From: Flavobacteriales bacterium
Lineage (GTDB): Bacteria > Bacteroidota > Bacteroidia > Flavobacteriales_D > Crocinitomicaceae
Assembly: GCA_947475095.1 (NCBI GenBank)
Contig: CANJLG010000008.1
Coordinates: 21,001-85,000, forward strand
Direction: 5' to 3'
Length of the DNA stretch: 64,000 nt
Shown here: piece by piece, positions 9,814-18,243 of the stretch
How positions within the stretch are numbered: the first letter of the stretch is position 1
Layout: the number at the start of each line of letters is the position of its first letter
Made by a program: the position numbers and the translations under genes
Notes under the pieces: generated by a model
Database searches by the model: none
Told to the model about the DNA's origin: nothing
The model's input: the letters and a program-made list of their open reading frames with translations, nothing else

Positions 9814-10599
9814 ATGCATTTTATTGATACACATGCCCACACCTATGACGAATCCTTTCTGGGCGATTTAGACGCAACAATTTCAAGTGCACAAGAGGCA
9901 GGAATTACCAAGATCTTAATGCCTAATATTGATACGGAGAGCATTGAGCCCATGTTTTCAATTCAAGAAAAACATCCAATGTGTATTCCTATGATGGGCC
10001 TTCATCCCGCTTATGTTAAGGCAGATTGGGAAAAGCAATTAGAGAAAATTGAGCGTTATTTATTTGCTGATCCGCTTAGATTTTGTGCCATAGGAGAAAT
10101 CGGGATGGATCTTTATTGGGATAAGTCATTTCTTGAAGAACAAAAAACCGTCTTTACCCAACAAATTCAATGGGCGAAAAAACTTGACTTGCCCATTGCT
10201 ATTCACGCGCGTGATGCCTTTAATGAAATCTTCGAAATATTAGATAAAGAAAATGATGATACGCTCAAAGGAGTGTTTCATTGCTTTACAGGAAATACAG
10301 CACAAGCTCAGCATATAAAAAATTATGGGGGGTTTTTATTAGGAATTGGCGGAGTGCTAACTTATAAAAACTCAGAACTTGGAAAGACGCTTAAAGAAGC
10401 AGCTTCATTAGAAGACCTGGTGCTTGAAACAGACGCTCCTTATTTGCCCCCCACGCCCTACAGAGGCAAAAGAAATGAATCCGCTTATATGATCGAGGTG
10501 GCGTTTAAATTAGTTGATTTGTTTCAGGTCCCACTAGAAGAAATCGCTCGTATAACAACCCTAAATGCAGAAGAACTTTTTCAATTAAACCGATTTTAA
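9814..10599 (+). CDS. tatD: TatD family hydrolase
   Basis: IDTHAH, GLHP, GEIGMD, IHAR, GVFHCF, LETDAPYL. Confidence 0.93.
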   Translation: MHFIDTHAHTYDESFLGDLDATISSAQEAGITKILMPNIDTESIEPMFSIQEKHPMCIPMMGLHPAYVKADWEKQLEKIERYLFADPLRFCAIGEIGMDLYWDKSFLEEQKTVFTQQIQWAKKLDLPIAIHARDAFNEIFEILDKENDDTLKGVFHCFTGNTAQAQHIKNYGGFLLGIGGVLTYKNSELGKTLKEAASLEDLVLETDAPYLPPTPYRGKRNESAYMIEVAFKLVDLFQVPLEEIARITTLNAEELFQLNRF

Positions 10600-10600
10600 T

Positions 10601-11629
10601 ATGAAAGAAAAAAAAATATTACTCATCTACACCGGTGGTACGATTGGGATGATCAAAGATCTTCGAACGGGGGAACTTAAAAGCCTTGATTTTAATTATG
10701 TGTTTGACCACATTCCTGAATTGGAAAGGCTCCAAGTTGATTTAAGCAGTATAAGTTTTGAAAAAGCGATCGATTCCTCAGACATGACCTATGCACATTG
10801 GAAACAATTGGTTGATATTATCAATGATAATTATGAAACGTATGATGGGTTTGTGGTGCTTCATGGCTCAGACACGATGGCCTATACCGCATCCGCATTA
10901 AGCTTCATGTTGCAAGGCCTAACAAAACCAATTATCCTGACGGGATCGCAATTGCCAATCGGAACCATTCGAACAGACGGAAAAGAGAATTTGATTACAG
11001 CGGTTGAAATCGCTGCCGCAAAAAACAACGATGGATCGGCTACCGTACAAGAAGTGGCTATCTACTTTGAGTATTCCCTTTACAGAGGAAATCGTTGCAC
11101 GAAAATCTCCGCCAATCAATTTGAGGCATTTTCATCTCCAAATTATCCGCCACTAGCAGTTGCTGGTGTTACGATTGAATATAAACTTGATCAAGAATCA
11201 ATAAAAAAAAGACACGTGCTTCAAGTTTATAAAAATCTAGAAACTCGTATCGGTTTATTAAAAATATATCCTGGTATTCATTTTAAAAACTATGAATTCC
11301 TTTTTAATGCCAATCAATTTAAAGGAATTGTATTAGAAACATTTGGCGCAGGAAACGCCCCCAATAACCAAGATATGATTGACTTAATTACCAACTATAT
11401 CGACGCAGGGGGAATTATTCTAAATGTCACACAATGTTCCTCTGGCTCGGTGCGGCAGGGACAATATCAAACCAGCTCGTTTTTTGAAAAAATTGGGGTG
11501 CTTAGCGGAAAGGACATGACCACAGAGGCAGCGCTAGCAAAGTTGATGTATGTGTTGGGTAGAAATGAAAAGCACTCGGACAGCATCGCACTACTTCAAC
11601 AAAACATTGTCGGAGAAATGAGTGAATGA
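10601..11629 (+). CDS. ansA: L-asparaginase type I
   Basis: YTGGTIGM, HGSDTMAY, LTGSQ, DMTTEAALAKL. Confidence 0.93.
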   Translation: MKEKKILLIYTGGTIGMIKDLRTGELKSLDFNYVFDHIPELERLQVDLSSISFEKAIDSSDMTYAHWKQLVDIINDNYETYDGFVVLHGSDTMAYTASALSFMLQGLTKPIILTGSQLPIGTIRTDGKENLITAVEIAAAKNNDGSATVQEVAIYFEYSLYRGNRCTKISANQFEAFSSPNYPPLAVAGVTIEYKLDQESIKKRHVLQVYKNLETRIGLLKIYPGIHFKNYEFLFNANQFKGIVLETFGAGNAPNNQDMIDLITNYIDAGGIILNVTQCSSGSVRQGQYQTSSFFEKIGVLSGKDMTTEAALAKLMYVLGRNEKHSDSIALLQQNIVGEMSE

Positions 11630-11722
11630 CCCTTTGAAATTAAATCATTAATTTCTTTAAAGTATAAACCAAGAGTTTGTTTTTTATTATTAATTACTCA
11701 GCTTAATTCATCGAATTATGTT

Positions 11723-11739
11723 GCGGAGAGAGGGGGATT
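11723..11739 (-). repeat. Distal copy of tRNA-Ser 3' end (AATCCCCCTCTCTCCGC)
   Basis: 17-bp identity to 11997-12013 and 11901-11917. Confidence 0.9.
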
Positions 11740-11898
11740 ACGCGCCCAAAAACGCGTGATCCCGGAAGGGGGTCGCTTCATACTAATTAAAGCCATGCCG
11801 CATTGCGGCGCCTAGCTTTTTTTCCCACTTCACCATAAAGCAAGCTTTAGGTTCGTTTACAAAAAAAGCCCTGAAAAAATGCACGGCTTTAATAATTT

Positions 11899-11917
11899 TG
11901 GCGGAGAGAGGGGGATT
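11899..11917 (-). repeat. Proximal copy of tRNA-Ser 3' end, ending in GCCA
   Basis: Minus strand reads AATCCCCCTCTCTCCGCCA. 17-bp identity to the tRNA 3' end. Confidence 0.9.
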
Positions 11918-11997
11918 ATCTCAACTTCCGTTCGGAAGTGTTCGATGGTCTTCGGCACGAACCCAGGGTTCTCATCCCATCTTCCTTCATTTCATTG

Positions 11998-12082
11998 CGG
12001 AGAGAGGGGGATTCGAACCCCCGTTACGTTACCGTAAACACGCTTTCCAAGCGTGCGCGTTCAGCCACTCTGCCACCTCTCC
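11998..12082 (-). tRNA. tRNA-Ser(GGA), CCA not encoded
   Basis: Minus strand GGAGAGG acceptor, D-arm TGGCAGAGTGG, anticodon arm CACGC-TTGGAAA-GCGTG, long variable arm, T-arm GGGGG-TTCGAAT-CCCCC, discriminator G. Confidence 0.97.
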
Positions 12083-12237
12083 TCTTATTTTTAAGAGCGC
12101 TAAGTTAATGCTTTTTTCCCTTTAAGAAAGGGCTATCGTAGGAATTGTTTTAAAACTCATTCGGATCCATAAATTAGAAAATGCTGATTTTTTGAACTTG
12201 CTGAAGTCACTTCTATAACTAATTGTAATTTTACACC

Positions 12238-12801
12238 ATGAAATACCTCATCGTTGGTTTAGGGAATCCTGGGATTGAATATGAAAACACCCGTCATAAT
12301 GTTGGCTTTCGTGTCCTTGATAAAATTGCGGGAGAATTAGAGTCCTCTTTTGTACTTGACCGAGCAGCTTTCGTTTCGTACGCTAAATATAAAGGTCGAT
12401 CAGTGGTTTTAATTAAGCCAATCACTTTTATGAATTTATCTGGAAAAGCAGTCAATTATTGGATGCAGAAAGAAGGGGTTACCATTGAAAACGTATTAGT
12501 AATCACGGACGATTTAGCACTTCCTTTTGGTAAATTGAGAATGAAAGGAAGCGGAAGCGATGGGGGTCACAATGGTTTAAAAGATATTCAGGCGACGCTT
12601 GGGACCAATGGCTATTCTCGCTTACGCTTTGGAGTTGGAAATGATTTTTCGAAGGGAAGACAATCGGATTATGTGTTAGGTAAGTGGGAAAAGGAGGAGG
12701 AACTTGCTTTGCCGGAGCGACTATTAAGCGCAACTAAAATGGGATTAAGCTTTTGCGCCATTGGCTTAGCGCTCACAATGACTGAATGGAATGGAAAATA
12801 G
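12238..12801 (+). CDS. pth: Peptidyl-tRNA hydrolase
   Basis: LIVGLGNPG, TRHNVGF, KP.TFMNLSG, GGHNGLK. Confidence 0.97.
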   Translation: MKYLIVGLGNPGIEYENTRHNVGFRVLDKIAGELESSFVLDRAAFVSYAKYKGRSVVLIKPITFMNLSGKAVNYWMQKEGVTIENVLVITDDLALPFGKLRMKGSGSDGGHNGLKDIQATLGTNGYSRLRFGVGNDFSKGRQSDYVLGKWEKEEELALPERLLSATKMGLSFCAIGLALTMTEWNGK

Positions 12802-12812
12802 ATTCTTTTTAA

Positions 12813-15263
12813 TCAGCGAATAATAGTAAAGAACCCAGAATAAGTAAGGTCTTTATCTATTATGGTAAGCATCAAGAAATAAGTGCCGTCTGTCAAACCT
12901 TCACCGCTCCAATCATTTTGATAATTATTCTTTTCAAGAATTAAATTTCCCCAACGATTGAAAATTAATAATTGATTATTAGGATAAAAATCTAGGTATT
13001 CAAACGCGAGAAATTCATTTTTTCCATCATTGTTTGGTGTAATTACATTGGGAATTTTTACTTCAGCAGGGATTACTTGTATAATGGAACAGACTGAATC
13101 CAAGCATCCGATTTGATCTTGGACAAGCAGGCATAATTCGTAATTTCCTGGATTAAAATAGGTGTTTCCCCATTGACTAGAAAGGCTGGTTAAGGTATCG
13201 TTCCAAGTCCAAAACCAAGAAGAAATGCTAGATGCTGGAGACACCGAGTTGTCTATAAACAAAGCGGGAACACCCACAATTACAGGCAAGGGGTCTATTG
13301 TAAATGCAGCGCTAGGATTGCTATGCACAGTAATGTTAAATTGAGTTGTGTCGGAGGTGCAACCATTTCCTTGAGCATAGGCTGAAAAATTAAGTGAAAT
13401 GGGAGCGCCGGAAGTGGTAATAGGCGTTGAGAAATCCCCTTGGCCACTGAGTCCTTCGCCAAAAAAATAAGCTGTGCCATTGCTAAAACAAGACGCTAAA
13501 CCCACATTAATCGGGGGGCCACTACAAACAATAGAATCATATTGCAACTCCACATTCGTAGCTGGCTTAATGGGAACGGTCTCGTTGGGTAAGCCTGTAA
13601 TTACAGTCCCGCAAGCGTCAGTAATCACTGGTGGTGGAATGGTTAAAAGGGTATAGCTTGAATCGCAATATACTGGGCAATTTGGAATGGTTAGTAAAAA
13701 GTCGTGGCTAGTTGAACCAACATTACACCCCACATTGGTACCAATAGTTACTGTTTGAGTCGTCCAGGGGTGGGAAAAGGTATACGGTGCCACACCATAG
13801 CGAGCATAAGCCCTTACCCCGATTTCACAAGAATTTGAGCAAATTGGTGTTTGTGGCGCATACCACAGAGAGCCGTAAGACTCTGGTGTTTTGCCATATA
13901 TTACCACTTGGAAGGGCCACGCTGTGGTAAAGGGATCGTAACGGATGTAGAAAGGATTGCAGTTGCCGTTGAATGCATTTCTCCCTAAATGAAACCGCAC
14001 ATAGATCTGAGTTGGGGTACACGATTCCGGCACACAGCACACCAAGGGAGCCATTACGTTAAAGCTGTCTAAGTAAGCCGTTCCTGCAAGCTGAGCCGTT
14101 GAGCCCACAACCGTAAACGTTTGAGAAGCACCACAAGTTGTGCTAAAATACATTGAGCCTTGACTCATCGTTGCGCCACTGAATGGATCAGCATAGAAAC
14201 TAGAAGATACATAAAGGCCGGTTACCGTAACACCGCCCGGTATGGTGGCAAGCAAACTATCCACTTGATAAGCCGGCATAAAACAAGAAGGGATTTGGCC
14301 TCCAACCCACGTTGATGTTGGTCCGCCAATAAGCGGGTCAATGGTGATGGGATATGTCCGTTCCGAAGCATTCATCCACGCAGTAGGAATAGCGACAATC
14401 AGGCGATAATTATTCGGTGACAAGTATTCGAACGCCATTAATCCTTTTGAGTAGTTCATGCCCGCGTCATAGGCAATTGGCGCGTAAATTTTACCGCAGG
14501 GGGCACCTGTTTTTTTATCGATAACCAATATGTCTGCATCCATTGAAAAACCATCAATAAATAAAATTCCACGCTCCCCTCGCATTTCAATTTCACCGCC
14601 TGTAGAACTCGAATTTGTTTGATATTTCAATTCAAATCCAAGCGGAAGCGTAATTGTTTCTTCCGAAACAAAATATGCCGCAGGTGAAATGTTTTCAAGT
14701 GTATGGATAAGAAGGTTGCTTTTGATGCGGTCCTCCGAGAAAATTAATTGTTGAGTATAATTATCAATCTGTATCTGGCAACCCGTAGATGAAACATCTT
14801 GATTTGACAGGGTGATTTTGGATAGTGAATGGCCATTCACACTTCTATTATTCCCCAATACCATTTGTGCGCCCTCTTGATTTAGGGATACTGCATAAGA
14901 ACCATCGGTGAATAAATAAGTAGGAAAAGATTGTGATAGAGCTGACCAAGTTCCTGTGCCTTCTTCCTTTGTTAAGCTTGAATTTATAGGGTTTAGTCGC
15001 CCTGCTTTATCCAAATAATGAATTGGTTTTTTACTGAATATGTTCTTCGTATCTCCTTTTCGATTAATGAATGAAGATGATACAAGTGTTCGCTTAGCTT
15101 CTTCCTCGAACCACGTATTCGTATCTTGTTCGATTGCTTTTTTTGATTCATTATTTGGCGCCAATGACATTGTCTTACCCACCAACTGCCCCATTACACT
15201 AAAGCTTAGGCAAGCAAAGGTTATAATAATGCTAAACTTAAAAGCAAACTGTTTAGTAATCAT
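12813..15263 (-). CDS. T9SS type B (gliding-motility-associated CTD) surface protein with PKD domain and Cys-rich middle region
   Basis: Signal peptide. PKD-like F.D.S....SSWFW...PGNYELCL. C-terminal IPNVITPNNDGKNE...IFNRWG...WSG....DGTYF. Confidence 0.85.
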   Translation of the reverse strand: MITKQFAFKFSIIITFACLSFSVMGQLVGKTMSLAPNNESKKAIEQDTNTWFEEEAKRTLVSSSFINRKGDTKNIFSKKPIHYLDKAGRLNPINSSLTKEEGTGTWSALSQSFPTYLFTDGSYAVSLNQEGAQMVLGNNRSVNGHSLSKITLSNQDVSSTGCQIQIDNYTQQLIFSEDRIKSNLLIHTLENISPAAYFVSEETITLPLGFELKYQTNSSSTGGEIEMRGERGILFIDGFSMDADILVIDKKTGAPCGKIYAPIAYDAGMNYSKGLMAFEYLSPNNYRLIVAIPTAWMNASERTYPITIDPLIGGPTSTWVGGQIPSCFMPAYQVDSLLATIPGGVTVTGLYVSSSFYADPFSGATMSQGSMYFSTTCGASQTFTVVGSTAQLAGTAYLDSFNVMAPLVCCVPESCTPTQIYVRFHLGRNAFNGNCNPFYIRYDPFTTAWPFQVVIYGKTPESYGSLWYAPQTPICSNSCEIGVRAYARYGVAPYTFSHPWTTQTVTIGTNVGCNVGSTSHDFLLTIPNCPVYCDSSYTLLTIPPPVITDACGTVITGLPNETVPIKPATNVELQYDSIVCSGPPINVGLASCFSNGTAYFFGEGLSGQGDFSTPITTSGAPISLNFSAYAQGNGCTSDTTQFNITVHSNPSAAFTIDPLPVIVGVPALFIDNSVSPASSISSWFWTWNDTLTSLSSQWGNTYFNPGNYELCLLVQDQIGCLDSVCSIIQVIPAEVKIPNVITPNNDGKNEFLAFEYLDFYPNNQLLIFNRWGNLILEKNNYQNDWSGEGLTDGTYFLMLTIIDKDLTYSGFFTIIR

Positions 15264-15721
15264 TTTATTTTTCTTATTTCTTTATGCATTATTTCCCCAC
15301 CGCTCGTGGCTGTTTTTATCCCTAAATATATCGCAAAAATGGCTAATAATGCAAGTCCTATTGAAAGTGCATTCGAACGTTTGTTTTTTTTCCAAGAAAG
15401 CCACATAGCAAGCAAGGAAATGGCTGATAACAAGTAGGTAACCAGTGAAAAAGTTTCTGCGTGTTCTTCGTGTTGATGAATAAACGTGCCGCTGGTTTTT
15501 TCTAATCCCTCCACTATTTCCTCTGCACCCTCACCAGTATTCATAGAAAGGAATGCTGCTATCCCGGCAAATACAAAGAGAGAGAGGGCCAATCGTTTCA
15601 CTAAACCATTCTTGAACAGAAACCCAAATAACAACAAGAAACAACCCATTATTAGTAAAAAAATGGGGAGGTGATTGATAACTAGGTGAGAATAAGGTGA
15701 CTTTAATGCATTTTCTAACAT
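15260..15721 (-). CDS. Four-TM membrane protein with conserved His residues (DUF2231-like)
   Basis: HLVINHLPI, TGEGAEE, HEEHA, GGEIMH pattern. 4-nt overlap with the downstream gene. Confidence 0.65.
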   Translation of the reverse strand: MLENALKSPYSHLVINHLPIFLLIMGCFLLLFGFLFKNGLVKRLALSLFVFAGIAAFLSMNTGEGAEEIVEGLEKTSGTFIHQHEEHAETFSLVTYLLSAISLLAMWLSWKKNKRSNALSIGLALLAIFAIYLGIKTATSGGEIMHKEIRKIK

Positions 15722-15892
15722 CCTTCTTTTTGTGTACTAATGTAAGAAATTCTATTTAAATACCATATTTTTTACCTTTTTCTCCTTTCTTTTTCCTTAA
15801 TTTGTGTGCCTATAAATCATTAATATGTTTTATTAAAGTAGTAATTCAATTAAGAAAAGCCCTCTCGCAACCATATATTTTATAGATTAATT

Positions 15893-17356
15893 ATGATGAA
15901 TTTCGACTTCTTATTTACCAATTTATTTGATAAAAATATTGCCTTTTATATTGATGAAAAAGAATACACTTATTTAGAATTTAAACAGACCGTGTTTTCT
16001 ATATCAAATAGAATAAATGAACATAACATAGAGGGCCAAAACATTGGCGTTTATCTTTCTGATGACCTTTATTCCTATGCTGCATTTATTGCTATTTGGT
16101 TAACTAAAAATGCATATGTCCCTATTCATCCTTCCTATCCGGATAACAGAAGGATTGATATAATCAATCAAGCGGAAATTAATTATGTGCTTGTAACTGA
16201 TTCCCACCCTATTTGTGTCGTTGGCCCTACCAGTATTAACATTTCTTCGCTTCATCCTGCCGAAAAACTCTCCTTTCATTATATTGAGCATATCAAAAGT
16301 GACTTAATGTATATTCTTTTTACCTCAGGCAGCACGGGGGCCCCAAAAGGGGTCCAAATTAACTGTGGAAATTTATGTTCTTTTATGGACCATCTGACTT
16401 CTGTCAAGATGCCACTTACAGTTGGGGATCGGTTTCTTCAAATGTTTGAACTAACCTTTGATTTATCTGTCGTGTCATTTTTATTTCCCTTACAACTTGG
16501 GGGAACCGTATACCATGTTGGCACCAACCAAGTAAAATATCTAGAAATATACCGCCTTCTTGAAGAATATGCTATTAATTATGCCATCATTGTCCCTTCT
16601 GTTTTGGCTATGTTAAGGCCATACTTTGAAGATATTGATTTACCAAACTTAAAAGTTGTTGCATTAAGCGGGGAGGCCGTTCCGTTAAAATTAACCGAAG
16701 AATTTCAATTGTGCTGTCCAAACGCCTCTTTTTTTAATTACTATGGGCCAACAGAATGCACTATTTTTTGTACAGCATACGCTATCCCGAGAACTGAAAT
16801 AAAGTCCGCTAACGGAATTGTTTCTATAGGAAAGCCAACTCTAAATAGCGTATATAAATTATATGAATTGCCTAAAGATGGGGAAGAACTGAATGCTAGC
16901 AGCGAACTGCACATCGGAGGCGAACAAGTTTCCATTGGTTATGTGCAAAATGAAGAAATGAATAAAACGTTATTCTATAAAAATGGCGAAACGCCATATT
17001 ACAATACTGGCGATTTAGTCTTTTGCGATGACATGGGCTTTTTGTATTACTTAGGGAGAAAAGATCAACAAGTAAAAATTCAAGGATATCGTATCGAACT
17101 AATGGAGGTTGAGCACCTGTGCAATAAGGCATTAGAAGCAACCTCGGTGGTTGTGGCTATTAAAAATGAAAAAGGATTTGACGAGCTAATTCTTTTTGTG
17201 AAAGAGACCGAAATCAATACAATTACAGAGAGGCTTAATCAGTATTTGCCTAAATATATGGTCCCAAGCAGGACAATTCAAATGAAAGACTTCCCGATGA
17301 ATGAAAATGGTAAGTTGGATAGAAAATCACTAAGAAACTCACTACTTAACTCATAA
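15893..17356 (+). CDS. Stand-alone amino-acid adenylation enzyme (DltA-like carrier-protein ligase)
   Basis: A3 YILFTSGSTGAPKG, A4 FDLSV, A5 NYYGPTE, A7 YNTGD, A8 GRKDQQVKIQGYRIEL, A10 NGKLDR. No C or T domain fused. Confidence 0.9.
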   Translation: MMNFDFLFTNLFDKNIAFYIDEKEYTYLEFKQTVFSISNRINEHNIEGQNIGVYLSDDLYSYAAFIAIWLTKNAYVPIHPSYPDNRRIDIINQAEINYVLVTDSHPICVVGPTSINISSLHPAEKLSFHYIEHIKSDLMYILFTSGSTGAPKGVQINCGNLCSFMDHLTSVKMPLTVGDRFLQMFELTFDLSVVSFLFPLQLGGTVYHVGTNQVKYLEIYRLLEEYAINYAIIVPSVLAMLRPYFEDIDLPNLKVVALSGEAVPLKLTEEFQLCCPNASFFNYYGPTECTIFCTAYAIPRTEIKSANGIVSIGKPTLNSVYKLYELPKDGEELNASSELHIGGEQVSIGYVQNEEMNKTLFYKNGETPYYNTGDLVFCDDMGFLYYLGRKDQQVKIQGYRIELMEVEHLCNKALEATSVVVAIKNEKGFDELILFVKETEINTITERLNQYLPKYMVPSRTIQMKDFPMNENGKLDRKSLRNSLLNS

Positions 17357-17357
17357 C

Positions 17358-18008
17358 ATGTATACGATTAGAGAGGCCAAGAAAGAAGATCAAGCATTTC
17401 TTATCTTGTCAATTATTGAAGCCGATAAAAGTTCTACTAATATTTGTTCCTATTGCAAACTCCTCGAAATTGAGGAATTGGAATTTAAACAATTCCTCCA
17501 TGAAATTTTTGAAGAGGAAATCACCGGATTTGAATTCTCCGTCGAAGCGTTTGTGGTAGTGGAATATGATGGTAAGCCAATAGCAGCAAGCGCTTCTTGG
17601 ATTGAGTCGGAGGAAGGTCTCCCATCGTGGCAACTAAGGATGGTTGCCTTGAGAACAGTGCTCCCTGCCATTCACATAACTAATCTGATGGCAAAATCGG
17701 CCATTTGTAATACAATTAATATTAAAAGAAGTGAAGGAACCCTGCAAATTGAGTCTGTTTTTATTAGCTCTGAACACCGCGGTAAGGAATTATTAAAAAA
17801 AATGATTGACTTTCATATAAAATTAAGGTCCAATAACACCAATAACATTGCCTCCATGGAATTATTAACCTATAATTCGAACCTATTGGCCGAAAAAGCG
17901 TACACGAAAATCGGATTTAAAAAAATAGAATACACAACTTCGTCGCACGAGGAAATAAAACAATTTTACCCATCTGATGGGATGACTCGTTGGCAAAAAA
18001 TTATTTAA
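17358..18008 (+). CDS. GNAT family N-acyltransferase
   Basis: N-terminal IREAKKED, motif A IESVFISSEHRGK, motif B N..AEKAYTKIGF. Confidence 0.8.
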   Translation: MYTIREAKKEDQAFLILSIIEADKSSTNICSYCKLLEIEELEFKQFLHEIFEEEITGFEFSVEAFVVVEYDGKPIAASASWIESEEGLPSWQLRMVALRTVLPAIHITNLMAKSAICNTINIKRSEGTLQIESVFISSEHRGKELLKKMIDFHIKLRSNNTNNIASMELLTYNSNLLAEKAYTKIGFKKIEYTTSSHEEIKQFYPSDGMTRWQKII

Positions 18009-18009
18009 C

Positions 18010-18243
18010 ATGGAAATTAAAACTAAATTACAAGAAGTTTTTCGTGACGTATTTCAAGATGAATCGTTGACAATTTTACCCGAAATGACTGCTGGAGATG
18101 TTGATAAATGGGATAGTATAACTCATTTGATAATGATTAGTAAAGTAGAGGAAGTTTTTAATGTCTCTTTCCGCTTAAAAGAATTAATCAAACTCAAAAA
18201 TGTTGGCGATTTAATTGCTCTTTTAAAAGAAAAAACCGAGTAA
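18010..18243 (+). CDS. Dedicated acyl/aminoacyl carrier protein
   Basis: 77 aa acidic protein with WDS phosphopantetheine site (WDSITHL) and C-terminal NVGDL. Confidence 0.9.
   Translation: MEIKTKLQEVFRDVFQDESLTILPEMTAGDVDKWDSITHLIMISKVEEVFNVSFRLKELIKLKNVGDLIALLKEKTE

Noticed and set aside
11899..11996. Second tRNA gene
   Set aside because: No D-arm, anticodon arm or matching 5' acceptor strand; only the 3' fragment is shared.
11721..12013. Three direct repeats as a mini CRISPR array
   Set aside because: The repeats are tRNA 3'-end sequence, only 17 bp, with unequal structured spacers (161 and 79 bp). No cas genes are in the window.
11898..12125. 75-aa ORF MAERGG... with an internal AERGG repeat
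   Set aside because: It is the antisense translation of tRNA-Ser and its duplicated 3' end, not a protein.
15893..18243. NRPS secondary-metabolite cluster or canonical dltABCD
   Set aside because: No condensation, ketosynthase or thioesterase domains. Partner genes are envelope acyltransferase types. The A-domain pocket, the WDS-type carrier and the extra GNAT differ from Dlt, so no dlt symbols were assigned.
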